Shown: piece after piece, positions 51,733-64,000 of the stretch | How the letters are laid out: the number at the start of each line of letters is the position of its first letter | Numbering within the stretch: the first letter of the stretch is position 1 | Assembly (NCBI RefSeq): GCF_000143415.4 | Contig: NW_003314264.1 | Span: 2,179,710 to 2,243,709, forward strand | DNA: 64,000 nucleotides | From: Selaginella moellendorffii | Taxonomy: Eukaryota; Plantae; Lycopodiophyta | Direction: 5' to 3' | Made by a program: the position numbers and the translations under genes | The notes under the pieces: generated by a model | What the model saw: only the letters and a program-made list of their open reading frames with translations | Databases searched by the model: none | Told to the model about the DNA's origin: nothing

Positions 51733-52990
51733 TGTTACCATTCAGGCTAAGGTGATGCTAATGACAATGGTGTCCAGTTTGGTCGAGCCCTAACCGAGTG
51801 CTGAGGTGGCAAGTGGGAGTTCGAGAGGGAGGATGGGAGGAGAGAAGTAATGGGCATTGCATGTGAGCATGAAGGGTGTTCTATAGTGTGTTTTAGTGGT
51901 TTGGAGGTTGATCTCTCTTGATTTCTCTGATTTCTTTGCTTGTGTCCATGAATGGAGGGTTGGTCCCTATTTTGGTGGAGGTGAGGGTAGCCACATTGCT
52001 GAGTGCTTTCACGAGCAGTGTGTGGCTATCCATTCTTGGACCATATGTGGAAAATTGACAATTGCTAAATTGAGCATCATAAGTGATTGTTAATTTGAGC
52101 AATGTAAATAAAGCTTGCTTTGTGTGGAGACTTTCAGTGAGATGCTAAAGGCGTTGCTAGAAAGTAATGCAGAAAATCGAGGCAAAAAGCCTGATTTTTG
52201 AGGCATAGCAAATGAGCCAAACAAAAGAGCTGTTTGAATATCCCATGCATGTGAAAGGAAGCTTATTGTGGCTAGTATGGCTAATGTTGAGCATGCTAGC
52301 ATTTCTTTTTTGGGGGAATGGAACGTACTGAGGCAAATGCTACTCAGATGTAAAGAATGAATGAGAGAAAATCCCAAAGGTTGTATTCATTGAGTAAATT
52401 GTCAAAAGGCCAGGGTTAATGGCTTTGAAATCAGCAAGCTATGGTGGTTTAAAATTTTTTCAAGTTTATGTAGAAGATTGCAGAGAGTTGCTTTTGATTC
52501 TAGTGGTTGGTTACCTTAGCAAGATAAGAATAAGTGTGAGTGATATATTGTAAGTGGATGTTGGCTTGGCTTAGAGCATGGAGGTTGAGGTTTGATCTGT
52601 AGATATGATACAAATGTAAAAATGTAAGAAGAGAAAATGGGTTTGTACATCTTAATTTAGGAGGAAAGCATGCATAATATTTGTTAAATTTGGTATTTTG
52701 TTTTGTGTGAGGACACACAAATTTTAACGGGGGAAAGATCGCTACATATGTAACGGGCTAAGGTGACACTGGTGTCCAATTTAGTCAAGCCCTAACCAAG
52801 TGCTAAGGTGGCAAGTGGGTGAGCCAGGGTTCTTGGTTTGAGAGGGAGGATGGGAGGAGAGAAGCGATTGGCCTTGGATGTGAGCACATGACGTGTTTTG
52901 TAGTGTATTCTGGTGGTTTAGAGGTTGATTTCTCTTGATTTCTCTGGTTTTTTTTTTTGTGTCCATGAATGGAGAGCCGGTCCCTGTTTG
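51733..52990. mobile_element. Degenerate LTR-like element with about 240-bp diverged direct terminal repeats
   Basis: 51733-51970 and 52749-52990 align (GGCTAAGGTGA...GCCCTAACC.AGTGCT.AGGTGGCAAGTGGG...GAGAGGGAGGATGGGAGGAGAGAAG...TGTCCATGAATGGAG). Both start with TG; purine tract shortly before the second copy. Confidence 0.65.
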
Positions 52991-55397
52991 ATGTGTTAAA
53001 TATGTTAGGATTTAGGGTTTAAAAAGATTCTAAAAATATTTCTACTAAGGTTTTATGGTTAATCTTATACTATTATTAGCAATTACCCAGCAAATGCTGG
53101 GTGGCTGGCAAATTTCATGCCATTTTAAAAGATTTGCTGAGCTTAGCTATATTTGCTGTTTGATCAACTTAGTGTCTAAGGATAACTCTCAAAATCTAGA
53201 AGAAAGAACTTTACAAAAAAAAGTCTTGAAGCTAAACTAACCTATCATAGTTAGTAATTGATTCAGTAATTAGAAGCTTTGCGGCTGGAAAGGCAGAGAA
53301 GGAGAGAGATTCCATGCATCACCAGAAGCTTGAAATGATTCGAGCCTCTTGATTCTATACATCTGGATGTGCAAATGATTGATCGTGGCAGTGGAAGCTA
53401 TGGTAGTAGAAATCGAGTTAGCCTAGGAAAAGAATTGTTGAGAAAAAAAGGGATCACTCACTTGTAGCGACATTGCAAAGGTGGATGTGATGAGTGGTAA
53501 TTTCCCCGAACCCTACTGTGCACATGCCTTGACGTGATAAAATTTAAGGAGCTGGAGAGCCAACATGGATTCACAAACTTGCTCATCCATCTTGCAGAAA
53601 TGCGGTGGTAGAGAAAAGCTATGGGGTGAAAACGTTTCATCGTAAATGTGCGTGCATAGTGACTTTACTTCTGTGACTGGTTTTAACACATGTCCTCAGA
53701 CTCTGATCTGGCATTGTAATTAACGAAAAGTTCAACAAATTTGCAAAAGAAATAATACCTTTGAGTCATCTGCTCCTGACCCAGCACCATTTTATTAGTG
53801 CACATGTCAAATAGTTTTAGTTACAGAAAAAAATAGAAAGAATTTCTTACCAAACATCTGTGAGCATAGCTTCTCCACCTGAAGGAAAGTAACTCGGCCT
53901 CATCTCCAAGCAAACACAGGTGAGTTCCCTAGTGACTATGACTGGGACACACTTCTCTTCACCACCTCGTAGACAGCAAATCTGCAAATCCGCACCAAGG
54001 CTCACTCGTTGTTATCTCAGCTTTCTCTCCACACATTTCGAATTTGCAGCATGTATTATTTTATTTTATTTTTGTCCATGATATCTTACTTGTCAGGGAG
54101 AACTTCGGTTTACAAAGGCATTCCTCTACAATGTTCTCTTGCAATGGTTGCAGGGTGCTCATCTTGCTCATGAAATTTTTGAAGTTAAAAGCGACATTAA
54201 TAAAACTGATCAGCATTTGAATCACTCGGCCTCGGGGCAGCAATTGCCCGAATTCCTAGTTCCCAGCTCCATCTCGACCGTTTTGGACACAACTTCGATT
54301 CCAAGAACCCTAAAAATAGCAAAATAAATGTGAAAACTGAGAGTGCAGTCACAACAAAAATAATGGTTACCCTATCAGCACTCCTTTGCACTTTGTCGTT
54401 TCTTCGCAAATATTGAACAACCATGCCTGAGGATAAGAGCAGCATTTGAGATATAGATTGATCCACGGCCCCCCTAATCACAGCTCTAAAACTCCAAAAC
54501 CGAAGTCTCTTTACTTTCCAATGTAGAAAAAAAAAGAAGGAAATTAATACAGATAGACCACTCAAAGTTCCACTGCCCCGATTTATCTCAATAAAGATTA
54601 CAACTCATATGATGAGGAAAAACCGTATATGATGACAAAAAATACGAAGGCTGAGATCAGAATCAGAATCTCCATAGCTTCTCTCCGCAAATCCATGCCA
54701 ATTCTTTCACTATGTCAAGAATAGGGAAATCTTACATTAGGAATCGATTCATCTGCCTAGCTCAATCCATCAGTGCTGACGTGTGCAATTGAACTGAAAT
54801 TCAGAGAGAGCCCAGGCCACAAAAGCTGGATTCTATCCTGGCACACTCCCTCACCAGCCCTGCCTGTGGTGCTGCTCACGCACCACAAGCAGAGCAGCCA
54901 TGGAACCCTAGTAGTGCATCACGCCCTCTTCCCTCCCCGGCCACATATGCTTGCCACCCATTGACCGCCACAACATTGAGCCAATATTCTCACAAACCAT
55001 GGCCCTTGACTAGGCTGGGGCTTACTGGGAACCCTGGGCTTGGAATTGGACGGCTGCAGGGGTTTAGGCCCTTTGTTCTTATATATATAGATAAAGTTGT
55101 AATATAGTGCAATGTATATGCATTTTTTAATTCAATTTCAAGGGATGTTAACTGTTGGTTACAAGAATATAAAATGCAACATGGCAAGGTAATATTTTTC
55201 TTGTGAATTCAAGTTTCCTCATTCAACAAGGTTTATTTATCATTTCATGATTATAAAAATTTAATTAGGATCCTAGATCATATCACTAATTAAATTATAT
55301 GTTTAGTATTATTTTATTTTCAGTAACTTCCAAACAGCAAAAGCTTATCAATGCTAATATATAGGTTTTAACAGGGAAGGTATATAGCTAAGCTATA

Positions 55398-56234
55398 ATG
55401 GCTATCTTAGTCAGAATGTTTATAGTTTTAATACTTAAATTTTTCTATTTGAAAGAGACTATTGCACCACCAAATGTGAGATTTGGAACGGCCAAAATAT
55501 TAAATACTCAAGATATGGTAAAAGTTATTGGCTTAATTACAGATTTAATAAATAAAATTCACTACAAAACAGATTATGCTCGTAATTATGGAGATGGAGG
55601 ATCTGTTACTGTTTCATGTGGAATTGTAAATATAGAAATTAAATCAAAATACCAATGCTCTATAAGTGAGACAGTGGTAAAAACAAAGGGAAGAAACTTA
55701 ATAGCTGGTTTTGAAAGACTTTTATATCCATATATAAGTATGCTTAATCAAAAGCTTTATGATTATTTTGTAAATGAAAATGATGGTTTTTTCATACAAT
55801 ATAAGCTAGAAAAGCGGGAAGAACTTCTTCAAAAAGATAAATTGTTTGATAGTTTTTATTTATGCATTCTTGAATCTAATACACTTATTAGCCCTATGAT
55901 TTTTTATAGTGGTAACTTTTTAGTCTCTCCTAATAAAAAAGCTATTTTAATTTTAAAAACAGATTGCAATCTTGTTCTTTATTTCCAGAAAACTCAAATT
56001 TGGGAGTCACATACATCACAAAACATTAGTGTTTATTGTGTATTAAAATTTCAAACTAATGGTGATTGCATTTTATACAATAATTACAAAATAATTTGGA
56101 GAACTAATACTCAATTTACAAGTTCCTTAAAACTTTTTTATTTTACTGTTCAGAATGATTGTAATTTGGTAATTTCTACTGTAGAATTTCCAAATAAAAT
56201 ATGGTGGGCATTAAGTTCTCATTCTTTATGTTAG
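55398..56234 (+). CDS. Secreted protein: signal peptide + unknown N-terminal domain + bulb-type lectin domain (paralog of 20278-21219)
   Basis: Intronless AT-rich 278-aa ORF. LKTDCNLVLY..QIWESHT, FQTNGDCILY..IWRTNT, VQNDCNLVI...WW. Confidence 0.82.
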   Translation: MAILVRMFIVLILKFFYLKETIAPPNVRFGTAKILNTQDMVKVIGLITDLINKIHYKTDYARNYGDGGSVTVSCGIVNIEIKSKYQCSISETVVKTKGRNLIAGFERLLYPYISMLNQKLYDYFVNENDGFFIQYKLEKREELLQKDKLFDSFYLCILESNTLISPMIFYSGNFLVSPNKKAILILKTDCNLVLYFQKTQIWESHTSQNISVYCVLKFQTNGDCILYNNYKIIWRTNTQFTSSLKLFYFTVQNDCNLVISTVEFPNKIWWALSSHSLC

Positions 56235-57130
56235 AACATCAGTTATAAAATAGATAATAACTCCCCTAATAGATAAATTAGAGCATAAGTTTATAATTAT
56301 ATTTCTGTAATACTCAAACAAGTTTATCCTAAGTATTACTAGAACCCATTTCAATTATTAGTATTAAACCCCAAAAATATGTAATTCATTTGCCTTAATT
56401 AACTCTGTGTCCTTGATTTCATCACTTATTTCAGAGAAGCTTTCATAGTGGATTTTTTCCTAAACGACGTTGCTTTTTGAGCTCCAAACAAAAAAGTATA
56501 TGTCAACGTGAATAACCAAGTTTTTTTCTAACTAATATACAAAATACTTGTTTAATGATTAAAAACATGGGCTTTAAAAACCAAAAGGAACATTGCCAAA
56601 GCCCCAGAGAACGAGAAGAAAAAAACAAACAGCACGAAAGTACACAGCCAGCGTCCAAAAGAAAACAGCAACCTGTTCAGAGAAAAAAGAAGACAAACCA
56701 AAAAGGATGAAAAGTAACGAGCACCACGAGACGAAAGCGATGAAAACCTGTGCTCCTCACTCTTCTTCCACCACCGTCATGTAACCTGGATGTGCGCTGC
56801 CGTGTGAGAGTTTGCAGGAGGCCGCCAGTGTTAACACCGAAGGAGCCCGGCTCCCAAGGTGCAAAAAAAGGATGGAACCAAACAGGCTCGTCAAAAACTG
56901 AGCCTGCAAAAACTGGACGGTGCCCTGAAAAAATCCACCAGCAGCTCCCCCAAGCTAGATAACATATCCATCTTCGTCGCTCGCGAGTGTGTGGAAAAAC
57001 GGCCTCTCCGCATAGGCCCTCCAAACTTTGATGAAGAGAAAAAAAGGAAACCTGCGCTGCGTAGTGATTCACCCAACCTGTGCCTGTTTGCCTGCCCGTC
57101 CTCGTCGCTTATGCAATGCAAATACCTTTG

Positions 57131-57234
57131 NNNNNNNNNNNNNNNNNNNNNNNNNNNNNNNNNNNNNNNNNNNNNNNNNNNNNNNNNNNNNNNNNNNNNN
57201 NNNNNNNNNNNNNNNNNNNNNNNNNNNNNNNNNN
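57131..57234. other. Assembly gap
   Basis: Run of N. Confidence 1.
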
Positions 57235-57292
57235 GTTATTGCTTCCTGCCAGTATGTAGCCTTCTCCCCAGTCCATCGTCCAGTCCATGAGA

Positions 57293-59185
57293 TCAGTAGC
57301 AAAGCTGGCACCTCCACAGGCCCGCCTCAAACCACTCGAGCTTGGCCCGGCTAAGCCCCTTGCAGTCCTTGACGTTGAGCGCCTCCAGAGCATTGCAAGC
57401 CGTCTTCATAACCAGCAGGCTCCGGTCCGTCACGCGCCCGCACCCGGCCAGAGACAGCGTCTTCAGAGACGAGCCTTTGGCGAGTACTAGAGCCACCATG
57501 CCGTCATCCGTCACGTCGCAGCCGGCGAGGCTGAGCTCCTGCACTGCCTGCGGCCCCTGAGCAACGTATCGAATCCCCTGGTCCGTGACGCTCGCACACC
57601 CGTCCAGCGTGAGCAACCCGAGAGAGGGGCAAAAACTCGCTACCGCAGCGAGTGCCCGGTTCGTCAGCCTCGTACAACCGGACAGGTTGAGAGAAGTTAA
57701 GCCGGACCCGCTCGCTAACAGGAAAGGGACCAGGGACTCGTCCGAGAGAGCCGTAAAGCCGCTGACGTCGAGCTCCAGGAGACAGGAGCTTCCAGATCCA
57801 GAGAGGCTAGCCAAAAGTCCGGCTCCCACTCCAGTGCAGTTGACGATGCCCAGAACTTTAAGAGACCGGGACCCGCTCGATAACAGTGTCGTCGTCATCG
57901 TCGCAGCCGATGCCGTAAAGGCGCACTTCTCTAGGTGGAGGCCCTCCAGGAAAGTGCAGTCCTTCACGAAAGTGAGAAGCTTGCTCTCGTCCAGCGACGT
58001 GCAGTTGGCAAGAGACAAAAACTTGATCTCCTTGCTCGTTTTCCCAACGGAGTCTAGGAGACTGTCAGTGAGGCCGGGGCATGCCGAGATCTGGAGATGC
58101 TTGAGCTGCCCCATGCCGGAACTCTTGCCAAACAAAAAGAAGCCTTCCGAGCTTATCTTCTCGAGCTGCAACAGCTTGAGCTTCTGGAGTGAGCCGCCGT
58201 GTTCCCCAACCGCAACGAGACCTTCGTCGTTGATACTGAGCTTCTCGAGCTTCATGGCCTTCAACACCTTGCAGCTCGAAACAACCGCAGTGACGCCAAC
58301 GCCCCCGACTTTGTTGCACCTGGAGACCGAGAGGCACGAAAGTTGAGAGCAGCGCTTCCCCACGGCCTGCAGTCCTTCGTCGCCAACTTTGTCGCAGCCA
58401 TCCAGGGTCAAACTTGAGAGGAGAGGACAACCGGCCGCAATTGCCCGAAGAGCGGCATCTCCAAAGCCAGGACAGTTCATGATGTTGAGAACTTTGAGCT
58501 GCGGGCATCCCTTGCCAATCCAGCTGAATCCCACGTCGTCGATGTTTGGGCAGTCCCACACGGAAAGAACTTTGAGGTTCCCGCAGCAGATGCCAACAGA
58601 GGACATGCCAACGTTGCTCACGGCCTTGGACAGCTTCTGCCGAGGACCACCCTTGATGATAAGTTTCCCAAGGCCACCTCTAGACTGGGTTCCGAGAGCA
58701 ACCACAGCCAGTCTAACATCTGTAGCTCGCTTTCCTTCCAGGATCCTCTTTAGCTCGTCGCCACTGCCAAGAGAAAGCTCTTGCTCGTCGTCCTTGATCT
58801 CGCTCGAGTGTAAGTGGCTCTGGAGCATCAGCCAGCGTGTGCACACGGAAGCACACGCGTAGCGATCGGCTGGAGCGGCCACGTACCGAAAGACTTCAAC
58901 AAGGAGCTCCTCCGGAAGCGCATTAATGAGATCCTTGGGCTGGTACTTCTTTGCTGCCGGGACCGCTGTTGGTGGTGGAGTTGGAAGGAACCTCTTGGGA
59001 GCATTGTAAATTTCAGTGTTGCCAATCTCGCTCAGTTTCCTCCTCCGCCCGGTCTGGAGGCTCTGAAGGCCCCGGATCAGCTGCGAGCAAAGCTCCTCCT
59101 TGCTCAAGAACGCATACGAGTTCTCGTGAAGGAAAGACTTCTGGAACAAGTGGTTGAAACGGACATCTTCCAGCTCCATGGACAT
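57293..59185 (-). CDS. EBF: EIN3-binding F-box protein (F-box + cysteine-containing LRRs)
   Basis: INALPEELLVEVFR...ACASVCTRWLML and the diagnostic LEGKRATDVRLAVVALGTQSRGGLGKLII. Many LRRs; ends LWRCQL. First in-frame ATG at 59185, with an in-frame TGA just upstream. Confidence 0.92.
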   Translation of the reverse strand: MSMELEDVRFNHLFQKSFLHENSYAFLSKEELCSQLIRGLQSLQTGRRRKLSEIGNTEIYNAPKRFLPTPPPTAVPAAKKYQPKDLINALPEELLVEVFRYVAAPADRYACASVCTRWLMLQSHLHSSEIKDDEQELSLGSGDELKRILEGKRATDVRLAVVALGTQSRGGLGKLIIKGGPRQKLSKAVSNVGMSSVGICCGNLKVLSVWDCPNIDDVGFSWIGKGCPQLKVLNIMNCPGFGDAALRAIAAGCPLLSSLTLDGCDKVGDEGLQAVGKRCSQLSCLSVSRCNKVGGVGVTAVVSSCKVLKAMKLEKLSINDEGLVAVGEHGGSLQKLKLLQLEKISSEGFFLFGKSSGMGQLKHLQISACPGLTDSLLDSVGKTSKEIKFLSLANCTSLDESKLLTFVKDCTFLEGLHLEKCAFTASAATMTTTLLSSGSRSLKVLGIVNCTGVGAGLLASLSGSGSSCLLELDVSGFTALSDESLVPFLLASGSGLTSLNLSGCTRLTNRALAAVASFCPSLGLLTLDGCASVTDQGIRYVAQGPQAVQELSLAGCDVTDDGMVALVLAKGSSLKTLSLAGCGRVTDRSLLVMKTACNALEALNVKDCKGLSRAKLEWFEAGLWRCQLCY

Positions 59186-60534
59186 GGCTTCGCGACTCAA
59201 GAATCAACAGGCCTTTGGAAATGTCCTGCGTGCAGCATGCTCACTAAATGAGCGCGAGAAGGAAAAAAAAAAAAAACCTCAAGCACTTACACAATAGAAC
59301 TCCCAGACCCATATGAAGCGAAGAAATGCGCCAATCTCACAACCTCGCCTAGCAATTTCACTGCACCAACACGCGCGTAAAGCCAAAGAACACTAAGATC
59401 CAGCCGCAAAACCCTAAGATCGAAGCAAATCCCCTCTAGAGGCCGCAACAATCATCCACATACCTTCTCGCTCGCGCCGTGCCGTGCCGCGCCGCGCCGC
59501 GCCCGCGCCGCTCTGAGATCGAGAAGCTCTCACCACCCCCTCTCGCTCGCTCGCTCTCCTCGCTCGCTCCAATCAATCGCCGCCTCGCTCCCTCTCGCTC
59601 ACAATAAAAACCCTCGTCCCCCTCACCCAGTCCCTCCCCCCTCTCCTCTCGCGCACAGCAAAGATTCACCCCCCTTGCCCTCCCTTACACCTGGCGGATA
59701 TTCGCCCGCCCTGGGCATATTCCGCTCCGTCGGGACGGAGACGGCGAGATCGACGGCCCTGGTTGGATTCGCGTTATCTACGACACCCCTTAGTTAATGG
59801 TTCAATGAATCCAGATAATATTTTCATCAACAAGGGGGCACATCCCTTTCAATCCGGATCTCTTTCTCTTTCCCTTTCGCGTATAAATTTTACTCTTTCT
59901 TTTTTTGCCTCTTTCGCTTCTTTGTTAGCTGGACGCATCATGCGAGCCTTTGAATCCAGCGCTGCAGTGGTTCTCATGTTTTGGCAAATACAATGCACAA
60001 GCACTCACCAGTCTGCGTTTCTGGTCTTCCATCACAGTTTTCGTCGCAAAGTTTACGGCGGCTCCACTCCACGCGCTTTTCCACCAACAAATCTCTACTT
60101 TGTTCATTCTTGCTTTCGTTTTGTTTTTTATTTTCTTTCGAGTCACTGCTGCGGCCTGCAGTGCTGCAAGTGTTTTGCTTAGATTTGAGCAAGTAAAGAA
60201 ACGAACTTACAGATCATCGCAGGCCACAGAGTTCCAGGAAGTACGTCACGAAGGAGACAACTCCCAGCTGACAAGTTAATCTCGCCCACGAGCTTGGCTG
60301 CTGGTGGAGCTCCAAGAGATCGAGAGCGTTGCGAGAAGTTAAGGCCTGCAAGTAGGAAGAGAAACAAAAACCATCCCCAGAGTTACTAGATGTGGTTAGC
60401 ATAAGAGAAAAGCAGCAGCCATTTGTTTTTTCTCGATTCCCTTATTTTACGCGGCTCAAATGCGAAAAACCCATTGGTTTCACTCAGTGGTAACCCCCAC
60501 AGATCCTTCCCAAACATATAAAACACCAGCCCCA

Positions 60535-63000
<2,466 letters not shown>

Positions 63001-63383
63001 GGAATCAAGCTGCTATTCTAGAAATCGAGAGGTCGCGCATCAGAAAAACGGGCCACGCAAGAAAATATTTTTACTGACCGCTCAACAGCCCAAATGAGAA
63101 AGAGGAGCAAATCAAAGCAGCCCTCTTCTTTCTTTGTATAGCAAAAACTTTTTATAACCAGCCTAAAATTTAACGGGTTAGCGCCTTTAACCGGAATACT
63201 TAATGCAGCATCCAGCTTTGCGTGGATGCAAAGCCCAAACAGCGCCACGTGTAGCGAGCAAGGCTGTGCCACTTGGAGTGATAATAGCCCAATACAAATG
63301 TACACAGTTATTTACAAGGGAAGCTCCCAGGGCATATCCCTCCAGTAGGATATCCATTCTCTAGTTTTTGCGTCTCTGGAGTT

Positions 63384-64000
63384 CTAAGCGATGGTGAAAG
63401 CTCGGATCACTTCCACGATTGGAGCTCGGCACATCGGGCATTTGGAGCCACCATTCTTTAGTTGATTCGCACACCTCAAGCACGTACACATATGTCCACA
63501 TCTGTGAGAGCCAGCCAATCTGTGAGAAGGAAAAAAGAGCCAACAAAAAAAAAGAGCTCGAAACTTTACTAACCTGTAAAGAAGTGAATCGATCGACTTA
63601 TCACAGCAAATGCAGCAAGTTCCTTTCTTAACCGGTATCCATTGCGATCCATCGCTACTTCGCTCTGGTAGTCCTGAAAAGAGAGTGTTTTTCTACGTTG
63701 TGCTTCAGCTAGTCGAGCGTACCTTTACCAGCAGAGTACATGCGCTGGAGAGCACCAGCAACCTCCTGGCGGATCGAGCGTTGCAACTCCATTTGCATAT
63801 CCACAATTGTCTCCACCATTCGCTGCAAGTCACCGAGGCCTTGCTGCAGATAGGAGATATCAGCTCGCAACTGGCTTGCGTTGTCCCAAACCTGGAATGG
63901 GAATGAAGCTTGGTTGGAAAACAAAGGGAGGAAAGAGAAGCAACGATAAGTTACCATGTATGACGAAGATGGACGAGGCCACTGGCCATGAACGAATTCC
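63384..64000 (-). CDS. 3' part of a C3HC4 RING-finger E3 ligase gene
   Basis: [27 protein letters not shown], then [31 protein letters not shown]...[16 protein letters not shown]. Start lies outside the window. Confidence 0.9.

Noticed and set aside
53280-54700. Possible multi-exon minus-strand gene relic
   Set aside because: Splice-like signals are present but frames are interrupted and no homology is recognisable.
60179-60367. Alternative last exon of UGPase
   Set aside because: A nearer acceptor gives a short C-terminus of the expected length (stop at 60535), and this ORF has no UGPase similarity.

Overview
Gene-dense plant nuclear DNA with very short GT-AG introns. The gene content, tiny introns and PLS-PPR style suggest a lycophyte, probably Selaginella; this is an inference. 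Genes in order: cis-prenyltransferase, an apparently catalytically dead papain-like protein, fructokinase, RNA polymerase I subunit 2, a PLS-type PPR protein, a secreted unknown-domain + bulb-lectin gene, a DUF630/632 protein, an F-box protein, a DnaJ protein, two Ole e 1-like genes, three broken F-box/LRR copies, UBLCP1, a CHX antiporter, MET1, a second unknown-domain + bulb-lectin gene, an EBF-like F-box protein, UGPase, and the 3' end of a RING E3 gene. AT-rich islands carry TE debris: a Ty3/gypsy integrase remnant, a decayed LINE, a complete 5S-bearing Cassandra TRIM nested in an older antisense Cassandra LTR, and an LTR-like repeat just upstream of MET1. The best novelty candidates are the two intronless AT-rich genes sharing an unrecognised N-terminal domain fused to a bulb lectin, and the prodomain-less papain pseudo-enzyme. 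There are four assembly gaps. Exon boundaries were read by eye.
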